Below, one piece after another: positions 40,801 through 52,261 of a stretch of DNA of 64,000 nt. Position 1 is the stretch's first letter, and every line of letters begins with the position of its first letter. The position numbers and the translations under genes are program-made. The notes under the pieces were generated by a model that saw only the letters and a list, made by a program, of their open reading frames with translations, had not been told where the DNA came from and did not search any database. Source of the stretch: Peribolospora baueri (lineage: Eukaryota); contig JAMDHS010000005.1 in the NCBI GenBank assembly GCA_029717555.1, positions 248,001 through 312,000 of the forward strand, written 5' to 3'.

Positions 40801-42143
40801 ACCCTGCAGAACGGCGTCACTGCCCCCGAACGCCTCAGGAAGAACGTAGATTTCCCGTGGCCCGTCAGCCAGACGCCAATGTTCTTTTACCAAAACTTGG
40901 GACAGGAAGAGATTTCCAGCAGCGGCACCTCGTTCCTTAACCGGTGAGCGCCGCGTTTCATCAATCTCCTCGTCCATTCATCCGCAAGCACAAATAAAAT
41001 GTGTCTTTAACGCTTTTTCTCTACTTTCCCTTTGTCTACTCATAGCACGGAAGCTTCGAACGTGGAAAAGATCATCACGAAATTCTTCAAAGCCGGCGTC
41101 GTGCCGTCTCAGATCGGCGTAGTGACACCCTACGAAGGGCAGAGATCCTACATCGTTAACTACATGCAGCTACACGGTTCGCTCAAGAAGGACTTCTATA
41201 AAGACGTCGAGGTGGCCTCCGTTGATGCCTTCCAGGGTCGGGAAAAGGACTATATCATCGTCAGCTGCGTCAGAAGTAATGAGCATCAAGGCATTGGATT
41301 CTTGAGCGATCCGAGGAGGTTGAACGTCGCTCTCACACGTGCCAGATATGGGCTTGTCATTTTGGGTAACCCCAAGGTGTTGAGCAAGGTAAGTTCGTTA
41401 TGTCCGAGTCGGTGCCTTTGATGCTACTGGTCACGACGTTAAGAGGTCCCACCTTCTTCCTCCTTTTGTAGCACCCGCTTTGGCACTACCTCCTCGTGCA
41501 CTACAAGGAGAAACAATGCCTCGTCGAAGGGCCTCTCAGCAACCTCCAGCCAAGCATGATTCAATTCAGCAAGCCTCGTCGCCCTCTCGAGAAGCCGGGC
41601 GATCTGGCTTCTCGCAGGCACAAATACAGTGCTGTTGAGGCGCTGAGCAGCCTTCCTCCAACGGACAGGAGCGGCAAGCCGAGCGGCCCTGGTGGCAGTC
41701 GCTACGATCCTGCCTTCTTCCGTACGCATGACCCCATGGGCTACATCCCGTCGGATGCGCAATCGGTCATGTCGCTCGGCACGCAGGCTTCTTTCAACTC
41801 GTCTGGTCTGCCCTTCTCCTCTACCAGTCCGTTCGGCGCCCGCTCTAACGGTGTTGGTAGTCGTCCGTTCAGCAGTTACGCGAGCTCCGTCGCCTCTCAA
41901 GATGTGGACACCCGTAGCAACGCGGACACGTCGAGTGTCCTGGGAGGACGCGCGCCGAGCAGCATCGCCTACTCCCAGAGCGATCGCTTGCGTCGTAGGC
42001 TGAGCTTCACTTCATCCGTTGGTGCGGGATCGGATTTCGCAAGCATCGAAGGGTATAAGAGCCAGGACGACCCTAGCGACTTGGATGATGTCAGGAGCCA
42101 GTTCTCTACCGCTCAGAGCCAGTCCAGCTTCACCACTTTCTAG
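37809..42143 (+). CDS. UPF1: NMD RNA helicase Upf1/Nam7
   Basis: 10 exons. CH domain ([30 protein letters not shown]), SF1 motifs [42 protein letters not shown] and [12 protein letters not shown]-rich C-terminus. Confidence 0.98.
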
Positions 42144-42720
42144 CGGTTTGCTAGTCGTCGGTGAACGTTCTTTTCCCATGCGCCTGCGGACGGCCGCAGC
42201 GACGAGCAGCGATGGATTAACCCGTCTACGATGGCTCGATAAGGCTCTTGTCGTTGGCTTGATCAGATCAGCCAACCGGCCGACGTGTCATCCTTGTCGT
42301 CGGTTCGCGTTCAGGACCCGTTGCGCATGCGGACGAACGTGACGTGGACGACTGCAAGTGTCGGGTCTTCGAGCACCGACGTCTTGAGATAGGCCGACGG
42401 GACGACTCTGCTATCCGTCGCTGTGGCTCAGATGTCCGTTCAGCTTGGCTTGGTTCGCCTCGCCAGCGCTCGGCGCACTACCTGGCTCCTCGAACCGGCT
42501 TTTGCCCCGAGTAAGAACAGGGACGAGGATCGATCAACCCGCAGGAGGCCATTGCCAGTCTCAGCGGGCGCGGTCGTTCTCGACCTCGTTCGATGGTCCT
42601 TGCTAACTCGGGAGGCTTGCCTGCTAGGTACCCTTGTGACTGGGCGGCACGTTTTTGCACTCGACCGTTCAAGGCCTGGCAAACCGGCAATCAACGTGCC
42701 GCCGTTTCATATGAAAGACG
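42141..42720 (+). other. Candidate structured RNA (UPF1 3' UTR or independent ncRNA)
   Basis: Dense nested inverted repeats, including a perfect 11-bp helix at 42643-42653/42693-42703. See findings. Confidence 0.4.
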
Positions 42721-42795
42721 ACCCTGACCCTTGATATGTTACGAGACGGCGTCATTGTCGTCTACAAGCCGTTCCTTCTTTCCATGTGTATCAAT

Positions 42796-44996
42796 TCATC
42801 TGTCAATTGCACTCCTAATCCTCCTCGTTTTCGTCGACAGTTTGAGTCGAGTGAATGATCCCTCCACCTAGACACCGCTCTCCATCGTACAGTGCTAGTG
42901 TCTGGCCCGGAGCCACCGCCAACTGGGGCACTGGGAATGTGGCCGTGTAGGTCCCGTCAGTCCTGCCAAAACAGTGACAAGAAGAACGGGGGTGACCGAA
43001 AGGGCGGGCACAATGAAACAGGAAATCGTGAGACCGTCATCCTGGTTACATCGTGAACTCTAAGACTGGAGACGACGAGAAAACACTGATGTGAGTACAT
43101 CTTCTACCCACTTTCGCTTCACAACACACGGTGCTTCGGCCTGGCGGTAGCGGACTTGACAAAGCGCTCGGAGACCGGCCTCCGAATCCACGTCTTGCGG
43201 AAGGTCGTCAGAATTGATCCAGTCGATGGAGGGGACATCAATGGAGGCGCAGAAGAGGGCAGGATGGTCTCTGGACAGAGTCGTCGTCACAAACGAGGTA
43301 GCGCGATCGATGAGAAACAAAACATTTCCGAAAAAAAAACGGGGAGAAGACAACGTCACTCACGGCCCGGGAACAACGACGATCTCGTTCGTCGCCGCTT
43401 TCTTCTTGGCCACAAACAGCTTTTCGCGCTGGCCGGACAACCTCGCCTTCTGACCGATGGTGTAATGGTAGAGCCCTTGATGGGAGCCTACGATTTCGCC
43501 AGTTGGGAGAACAATGTTGCCTCGGGAAGAAGGGATGTATTGTCCTAAGAGTCGTGGTCATGATTGTCATGAGCAATGGGCAGATCCGCTGGGGGCAAGC
43601 AATGATAATTCGAGAAGTGAACAGGAACTGCAGCTTACCGAGGAACTTTCCAAAACCACCAGAGCCGTTGCGCTCGCCAACGAAACAGATACCCATGCTC
43701 TCCTTGTTCTCGGCGGTGGGTAGTCGGAACTTGCGCGCCATCTCCCTCACCTCGGTTTTCAGGTAGGCGCCGAGGGGGTAAAGGGCCTGGGAAAAGAGAA
43801 TAGCGGGTTTCGTCAGCATTGAGACACGACGTGGGTCATTCAGGAGAGTGCAACGGCATTGAATGGAGGCAGCGAAGGCAATCTCACTTTACGAAGCTTC
43901 GCTTCGTTGACTGCCGACAAATAGTATGTCTGATCTTTTGAGCGGTCCTTTGCTCGGAGGAGCCTTGCTCTCGGCTGCCCTGTGCCCGCGCTCATATCCC
44001 AGCCTATGCGAGCGTAATGACCTGCGTAGAGATAGGTTGATCTCGATTGACACTTCAGAGACGAATGGCCATGCGGATAGGAGAAGGGAAGTGGACGGCT
44101 GACTTACCTGTCGCTAGCCAGGCGTGCTCTTCGCCAAGCACTCTGTCCATAAGAGCTCCAAACTTAATTTCTCTGTAGCAGTGAGGAAAGTAGAATATGA
44201 GAGATGAGAGTAAATATCCAGGCAAAAGGCAGAAATATTCGAGGAAACCGCTTCTCCCTCACCTGTTGCAAGCGATGTCGGGGTTCGGGGTGACGCCAGC
44301 GGCCCATTCGTCGATGGCAGGTTCAAAAACATGAACCCAGTATTGCCGCGACAAATCTATCTGCAAGCAAAACGGATGGAAAAAGCATCGTTAAACATCC
44401 TTGTTCAGTAATCTGCGCGTAAAACACAACACAGCTACCGCTCACCATTCGACATGGTATGCCAAGGAGGCCGCAGACCCTCTGAACGTCCTCCCAGTCC
44501 TTCTCCCATTCACATCCCTGCTCGCTGACTCCTTCATCCTGCGTGCTCCAGTTGCGCATAAAGACGGCCGACAAGTCGAAGTCCTTGCAAGGGGAATAGC
44601 CAAAAACATAAACATCAGTAAAAGAACTTGGAATCAGAATGATCGGGAAGGTGGCCCACCTTCTCTGCAAGGAGCCGAGCGGTCACGGAAGAGTCTACGC
44701 CACCAGACATGGCCACTACGACTGGAAGAGCGTTCAAGAGCAGAAGAGCGGATCATAAGAGGGGAGGACGCCCCGTGAGCAACAACATCGCCAATAAGAC
44801 ATCTTCGTCATCGCAGCGCACCTTTATCGCCCTTCTTCGGACCAAACCCTCCACCCTCGCGGTAGGAGAGGGAAGACGAGGAGGCGAATCTCTTGCACGG
44901 GCATTGCGGCTGGCGTATGAGAGCCTTAAAAGAAGCAGGGGACCAGCGGGGTTTGGTGAAGAACGGGGTGGCCCATCCGGGTGGGAGGAGGGACAT
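42796..44996 (-). CDS. SLM3: Mitochondrial tRNA-specific 2-thiouridylase (MnmA/TRMU)
   Basis: 9 exons. Arg/Ser-rich presequence, PP-loop [78 protein letters not shown]. Confidence 0.95.
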
Positions 44997-46650
44997 TGCT
45001 CGGCCGGGGACGCCTAGTTCTCTATGCGACCGGACGGACGATTGATGACCTTCCAAGATGGGTTGCGTTGATTGCAAGATAGACTGCGGCAACTGCGGCA
45101 AGAGAGAAGGGCAATGCGAACCGGAGGGGTGTTTCTGGGATGCGCCGGTCGAGGCAGGCTGCACAATGGGACGCTGACGGCGTCGTAACCGCCGGATTCT
45201 GCACTCGTCCGCCCTCCAGTTAGCTTTCGATGTCGGGCCTTGCGTTCGGCTGTGGAACGGAGCGTCCGAGACGACGACAACTGGACGGAGGAGAGACCAG
45301 TTGGGACGGTTATGTAATCGATCGCGCTGCGGCAGAGTCGCGATTCTTCGACTTCCTCTTGCCGGCGTGGCGGCTTTCCCATCTCAGCTAAATGTAGTCG
45401 TCAGCACCGTCTCCCCAGGCGCTCACCACGGCACACTTCGCGCAGACGGATGTCGGTGCCAGGATCTACCGTTTAGGTGAGTCGCTTCCCCTTTCCACTG
45501 CCCGTCCGGACCCGTCGAATCCGGGCAAGAGCGATGAAATGATGCCGAAGTAAAAGGGTCGACGACCCGCTCGCCCTCATGTCGCTCCATCTTGCTCCTC
45601 TCTTCTTGCTTCGTGTGCTTCCCTTCGCCGTCCCCTCTTCCGCTCCTGTTAGTCGGCGTCTTCCCCGCTCGTCTTGCGAGACCCGCTCTCGTCCCCCTCG
45701 CGTTTCCTCGGCTTCACCTGTCGCTTTGGAGCTCGAAAGGGGCGAAATGAGGGCGTGGCTGTAAAGATGATCGGACATCGCTGTCTTCTTCGAGCAGGCG
45801 AGCTTCGAAGATGGAGCGAGAGGTCTCCCGGGGAGGTTCGTTTACGAGCCATTTGGGGGACCACTCTCCTCCTCTTCTCCTTGAGTTCGGAGCTCGAAGC
45901 GATCGCAAAAAGGCTGGCGCGGGCTTGAGATCGGTAGCCTGTTTCCGATCCTACTCTCCACTCTTTTTGAGATGGATGTTGTTGGACGCGGTCAGACGAG
46001 GGCTCTCGGAGTCCGAGTCTGAGCTGGCAAAGGCGCGGTCGCACATCCTGAGCGTCACAGACGACCTTCACAGACGACCTTCCTTCGACTCGACCCGTCG
46101 GTCAAAGAAGGGCAACGTCTTCCCTGCAATAGGCCGAGCTCGTCCGCCAGAGGCCCATGGTGGTCGAGTGGATTCCAGCGAGGTTGTTGCGCAGGGGAAC
46201 AGGTATTCCCTCCGCACGTTCGTCTTCGTGATGCTCGCCTGCTTCGTCGGGCGCATTGGGGCGGAGGTGCGAGGGCACAAACACCAGCCTCCTCGACATG
46301 AGTCATTGCCGAGGATGGCGAGGATATGTGCCTACATTCCTTCTGAGGAAGGCTGCCGTGCAGGACGGGGAGCGACTGAATGGAGTTGGGGCACATGAGG
46401 CGAGGACAAGATGGACGATCGGCCTCGTCCCCTGGACGACCGTGCGAGGCGAGCTGGGGCGAAGGAGAACATACCGCGCTGAATGCGCGCTGATCGTCGC
46501 TGTGCCAGGGTTTTCGACGTTGTACTACCCATATCGTACGCCGTGATGGGAGTCCGGGAGGTTCACACGAGCTTGCTTCCTGCGAACACCTTTTTTATTC
46601 CTCACAGCCGAAGGATAGAATAGGCCACAGTCGAGCGTCCATCGATGACG

Positions 46651-47671
46651 ATGGCGTCCTCACCACGAACACCCAAGACCCCTCACACCTTCACCTCCCC
46701 CCTCCGAGGCTCCTCGTCGCCATCGCTCTTTTCCAAAACGGATGAGACGACGTATCATCGGAGACTGCGGACCCTGTTGGCCGACCACCGTCGAGCGATG
46801 CAAACGTGGTCCGAACTCGTTCTTCATGACGGTTTGAGGAGGGCGAGGCAGCTGGCGGATGCGAGGACAGAGCTGGAGTAAGTCTGACTGCTCGTGCCCT
46901 AGGAAAATTGACGTCAAACAAGGCACACAAATTCCGTGCCGTCCAAACAGACTTTGGCTGATGTCGCATCTTCTCATTCCATCCACTGTCGCCAACAGAT
47001 ATGCTCGGGACGAATCGAATTGGCCCGCTCAGCTTCGGAAGGAAGCGAAGGGCCCAGGGGGAATCCGGGAACGTATGATCGGTGCCAGTCTCATAGCCAT
47101 TGAAAGGCTGGGCACCGAGCTGGTGATCGTCATAGAGAAGGTGGTGAGTTGGACTCGATTTCTTTTTCCCTGCGCGCTCTCTCGCGGCTGATTAGTAGCG
47201 GACGTGGTGCTTAATGCCAACGACAGGAAAAGCAAACGGAACGACTGGGGCACTTGGTGGATCAGATGGAGACCGCGCTGCTGGAGGCGAGTCGAGCGAA
47301 GGGCCTCGAGTTTGCTTTCAAGGAGCCATTGTGGAGCACCTGGACCATGGCCCAGTTCGGTGAGTTAGAAATATATAGACATCATTCTGCGCGTCATACC
47401 AGGCCTTGCTGCTTATATATCTTGCCGCCAATGCTCAGTCGAGGGCCTGTCCGGCCTCCAAATCGCGCACTCCCTCTCTCTTGCCCTTCTCCGCACCCTC
47501 CTGCCCGTCCTCCTCGATCCCCATTCCACCTCCGAAGAAACGCGCGCGACTCTCTCCCATTGGATCTCTTTACCGTACCTGGAGGAGGCGGGTGCGAGAG
47601 GCAGCCCGCAGTGGTTCGAGGAGATTTGTGAGGTAGAAGTTGGTAGATGGAAGGAAGTTGCGCCGCGATAG
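46651..47671 (+). CDS. Uncharacterised helical protein (245 aa), putative CINP/C1orf109-family member
   Basis: In-frame 4-exon model (46651-46877, 46999-47143, 47227-47359, 47439-47671). Motifs RRLRTLLADHRRAMQTWSELV..G, EPLWSTWTMAQF and LSHWISLPYLE. The family link is from recalled similarity only. Confidence 0.8.
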
Positions 47672-48011
47672 CGGCTCGGTTACCTGGTTCAGTTCGAGCT
47701 TGACTTTGCCACACATCCTCTCGTAAGTCTCACATTGCTTGAGAGTTATTCGAGGCTCCAGACGAGACGTCGTGAGCCACGCAGAGAGGAAGTGGAGCCG
47801 GCTCGGCAGCAATGAAACGTGTCCGCAATGATCTCGGTGTTCGCCAGCCGCAGCATAAAACGGATCGTGCTCAGGGCCAGATACAAAGGAGCCGTGCCTA
47901 GACGATTAGACGAGATACAAGGAGTCGTATTTCGACCACCAGCACGCCAACATCCTCTTTGCTGTCCCCTGTTTCCGTCGCCCCTCATAGAGCAGAGGCA
48001 TTGAGTCGAGG

Positions 48012-49809
48012 ATGGCTTTCAACGCACTCACCGCCCTTCTTTCGTGGACTTTCATTCCCGGCTTTCTCGCAGGCGTGCTCCTCCGCGCTCTCTACAAGTA
48101 TAACCTCCTCGCTCGCCCTCCTCCAGGCCCTCAAGGCGTCGCCTTGTCCGCTGCCCATCGCAAATGGGCAATGGCCGCCGTCGTGGGCGCTTACCTTGCC
48201 TTTACGCTTGTGCGGACTGACTGGGAGCTTCCGATGAATTACTATGCGGTCTTGGGAGTCGGTCATGACGCCGAAGATGAAGAGCTTCGGCGGAGTTTTA
48301 AGAAGCTGTGAGTGAAACCAGCACTCTCGCCTCGACATGTGCATGCAAGCAAGATAGTGATAAAGGAAGCACTATTTCATTTTATCCCCATTTCTTTGCC
48401 GTCCTGCATTCTTTTTCAACGGTTCTTCAGGGCTCGCATCCACCATCCGGACAAGGCTGGCTCGGCCGGAGTTGAATACTTCATGGAGATGCGCCGGTCC
48501 ATCGACGTCTTGCGAAGTCCCATCAAGCGCTTCGCCTATGATCGGTGAGTCTCGCTGATACGAGCGATGGCTGTCTTTGAGGTGTCGCGCCTAAGCCCCC
48601 TCTTTTCTCCTTTTGGATCCCCTCCTCCAATTCTTAATGTATCCTCCTCCAGCTTCGGCCCGCACATCAACGAGTGGAAAGACTGCGCGACGATACGCGA
48701 ATACATGATTCGAGGCCTCCGGGAGGGAAGCGCTGTCTACACTCTCAATGGCGCCTTTTTCTTCGTCTCGTCCGTTCTTCAGCCCCGCAAGTCTGTGGGC
48801 ACTTATGTGAGGGCCTCCCGCAGTGTCTTTCTTTCACACGTGCAGGAACTATATCATCACCTGACCGATCACTCGATTCCCCCACTTTGTGCCCCGTGCG
48901 TAGTGGCGTCTTGTCTCCTTTGCCCTTCTAGCCGCGACGGAGCTGGTTCTCCTCCTCCGGCCCACCAAGCCCGCTCTCTTTCGCCTGCTTGCCCCTGGGC
49001 ACACGGTCCACGAGATCGTGATACTCCTCCACAGCCTATTTATCGCCGTATCGATGGGCATGAACCAACTTAATCCGTACTTTTTCCCCGCCCGCGACGA
49101 CGACACATCCTCCCATGCCAGCGAACTCCTCGCTCAGCTGCTGGACAGGGCAGAGCGGCTGAGCGCGTTCGCCGATGTGGAAGCCCAGAGGCTCCTCGCA
49201 GCGGACATCGCACCCTTTGTCTCCGCCGCGGACGCGGACGCCAGCACGGCAAAGGAGCGGGAGGAACTCTTCAAGTCCCGCCTGGCCGATCTGGTCGTGG
49301 AGGTCCGCCTCCGTCGAAATCCGGACGTCCTCGCCGCTCATCGGCGCAGCAGGCGTCCCTCGCCCGCCCCGGAGGAGCTGCCCGGCTCACCTGCGAGCAT
49401 CGCGCAGGTCTTGGAGGATGCCAAGTCATCTCAACGAGTGGGTCTTGGCGCATGGGCATCTGCGGACTTTCGAGGCCAACACCGGCGACGGTGGTCTTTG
49501 TGGTCTCCCCGTGACCTCCAACCTTCGTCCTTGTCTCTGAAGCGACGCTTTCCCTCCTCGTTATCACCATCCCACCGCGGCGGCACTTCTACTCCTGCCG
49601 AGCCCGATCCTCAGTTGCGTGCCGCGTCGTCCTCGCATACCCATTCCGCCGGCGGCAGTGGCAAGGGCGAAAGCGACGGGGATCCTTCCATCGGCCGTCG
49701 AACCGCATCTGCCGGCAGTCGGACGTGGCACCCGAGGAGGGCGGCGAGCATCTCCGGCGAAGGACCTTTCCCGCCCAGCCCCGGTCCATCCTTCCCGACC
49801 GAGCAGTGA
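48012..49809 (+). CDS. Membrane-associated J-domain (DnaJ/Hsp40) protein
   Basis: 4 exons. TM segment then NYYAVLGV...LRRSFKKLARIHHPDK...LRSPIKRFAYDRFG, further TM helices and a disordered tail. Confidence 0.88.
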
Positions 49810-49981
49810 GATCACGTTCGGCTCGACATTATATTTTCCCCCCTTCTTTTCCTTTTACACCCACTTTGTACTTCTGCACTTTATGTTTGAGCTGTCACCG
49901 CATCCTCCCTTTTTCCGTTCGTACGATTAAAGCGTCTCTTGGTTTTCTTCCCGCATGCGAGTGAGATACGAGGTCTATGGA

Positions 49982-52261
49982 TCATACAACGAGAAGAGAG
50001 GCTACGCGGGCAGAAGAAGGGGGAACGATCCAAAAGAGGCCAGAAAGGTAATCGTCAGCCACAGCTTTCTTCTCGTCCGCTTTCGCGCCCCCGCCGGAAA
50101 AAAAAAAAAAGTCGAGCGTTCGACGATGACTCACCGAGGGTGGCCTCAGCCTGAACACAATCAAGGCTTTGCTGCACGAGGAGCCTTCGCCGTGCCGCGT
50201 CAAGCCAATCGGATATGAGAACCTTGGGCCAACCCTTGAGCTGGTTGGCCTCCCTAGCGGCCGAGTCGAGATCCTTTTGGTTGAGGTAAAATTCGACCCT
50301 GGCCAACACTGCCGGCACGTCGTCGCCCTCCACGAGGCCAGTCTTGCGGAAGAGAAAGGGGGAAAGGAGGGAGGAGGTAAGATGGGAGAGGATGCCGGCG
50401 TTGTCCGGTACGAGCGCGACAGATCGCAAGCGAGGGGCGACCTTTGTGGTGAACCAGCTGGCGAGACTCGTAAAGCTCTCCACGCCCTCGTCCGCCACCA
50501 CGTCGTCCTCTTCGATGGCCTCGAGGGCGGCGGCGATCACCGGGTCCTCGCGCGCCTTGGGCGTGTTCTTGAGCACGCGAAGCTGTTCCCGGAAAGCCGT
50601 CTTCTCGCCCGTGGGCGAATCAAGGACCGAGTACAAGGCGCGAAGGGCGGTCCAGAGGGTGTGCACCTTGACGTTCTCGTCGAGAACGTCCGAGTTGTCG
50701 AGCGTGACCCGCTCGAGCGATTTGAGATCCCTGGCCAGCTCGTCGAGCCTGGCCAACCGGCCGCCGCGCTCCTGGTCGACGCGCATCTTGACGTCGCGCA
50801 TCCACCTGCGCTGGAGCTCGATGCCCTGCGCGATGACCTCCTCCTTGAGGCGCTCGTTGATGATCTCCGACTGCGTCTCGAGCTCGCGCGTCAGCTTGTC
50901 GCGATACGCGTCGACGAGCCGTTGGCGCTCCTTGTCAAACTCTGCCTTCCAACCCTCCTCCTGTTCGTCGATCGCCTCGCGCGCTTTGCGCTCCTGCTCG
51001 AGGAGCAAGGACGAGTACTCCTTCGCCTGTTCCTCCATCTTCTTCTCCAGCTTCGTCCGCTCCTCGCCCTTGACCGACTCGAGACGTCGGCCCAGCTGTT
51101 CCAAGTCGATCTGGGCGGTCTCGATGACGCCCTTGGCGTCCGCCGACGCCGTCGGGTTGTCTCTCAAGAACGAAGCCAACTCGTCGATCGTGCCGGCCAG
51201 CTGGGCGATGACGGGTTCGGAGGCGGAGAGGGAGGACACGGCGGGAGCGACGAGCGGCAACGGCGGAGGAAGAGGCTTGGCTTCCACCTTGGTGTCTTCT
51301 GGAGGCGTGAGCTTCCTTTCCGTCCGAGGAGCCGTGTACCCCACCGGGGGCTCGAAGCCGATCGGCAAGGGCGCATCGTACACGTTACCGGCCTTGGGCG
51401 AGCTGACGGCTTCTGCGAGCTTGTCCTTCGCTTCGGCGACCCCCTCGGCGACGGTCTTTTCAGAAACGTCTACGCTCTTCAGCGCCGCCTCCGCCCTCTC
51501 GCCGAGCGCCTTGACGTCATCAGAGAGCCCGGCCGCCTTTTCCTGCACCGCCGCGGTGGCGCTCTTCGCCTTGTCCTTGACCGGCTGAGCGTCGCTCTTG
51601 GCCTGGGCCTTGGCGACCTTGCCCGTCTCCTTCACCTTGTGAATGTCTGCCTGGGCCTGCGCTTTGGCCATCTCGACGGCCTGTTTGGCCTTTTCGGTCG
51701 CCTTCTCAAGCGCTTCCGAAGGCGATTCGGGGCGGGACGACGAGACGGTGCCGAGCGTGCGGCTCACCGCGCCGTAGACGGTGGAGATGGCTTGGCTGGA
51801 GAGATCGATGGCCTTGCCCGCGTATCCTCCCAAGCCGGCGTCGCGAGAGGCTCGGGAAAGGTCGTGGGTTTCGAAGTAGTCCACGATGGTCTCTCCAAAG
51901 GGGACGGACTCGATGAAGAAATCTTGGTATCGGTCGTTGTTGAGCGCGATCATCGTCGAGACTCCATAAAACGAGCCAGTGACGAGGGTGGTGTAGAGAA
52001 AGAGACGGGGAAGGATGGCTCGTCGGCGGGGTGCCGAGGTCTCGCCGGCGTCGGTGGCATAGTTCTGGAGATGCAAATCGAAAACGTTTGCTCAGCGCCG
52101 CGCCTGCTCCCTAAAACCGAACTCACGAGTCGAGCCCATCGACCGACCGCCCGTCGGTCGTCATCACTTACCCTCACCACGCGAAGCCGCGCCGGGCCAA
52201 CGAGGGACCTTGAGCGAAGCGCGAGTTGGGCGCTGCGAGAGGCAGCTGCCGCCCTGTTCAT
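49982..52261 (-). CDS. MIC60: MICOS subunit Mic60 (mitofilin/Fcj1)
   Basis: 3 exons. Arg-rich presequence, TM helix, long coiled coil (EVIAQGIELQRRW) and mitofilin domain VLARVEFYLNQKDLDSAAREANQLKGWPKVLISDWLDAARRRL. Confidence 0.94.

Noticed and set aside
42200..42735. Telomerase RNA, RNase P/MRP or SRP RNA identity for the structured region
   Set aside because: No CTAACCCTAA-type template (only ttaacccg and accctgaccct) and no recognisable P4 or helix-8 consensus.
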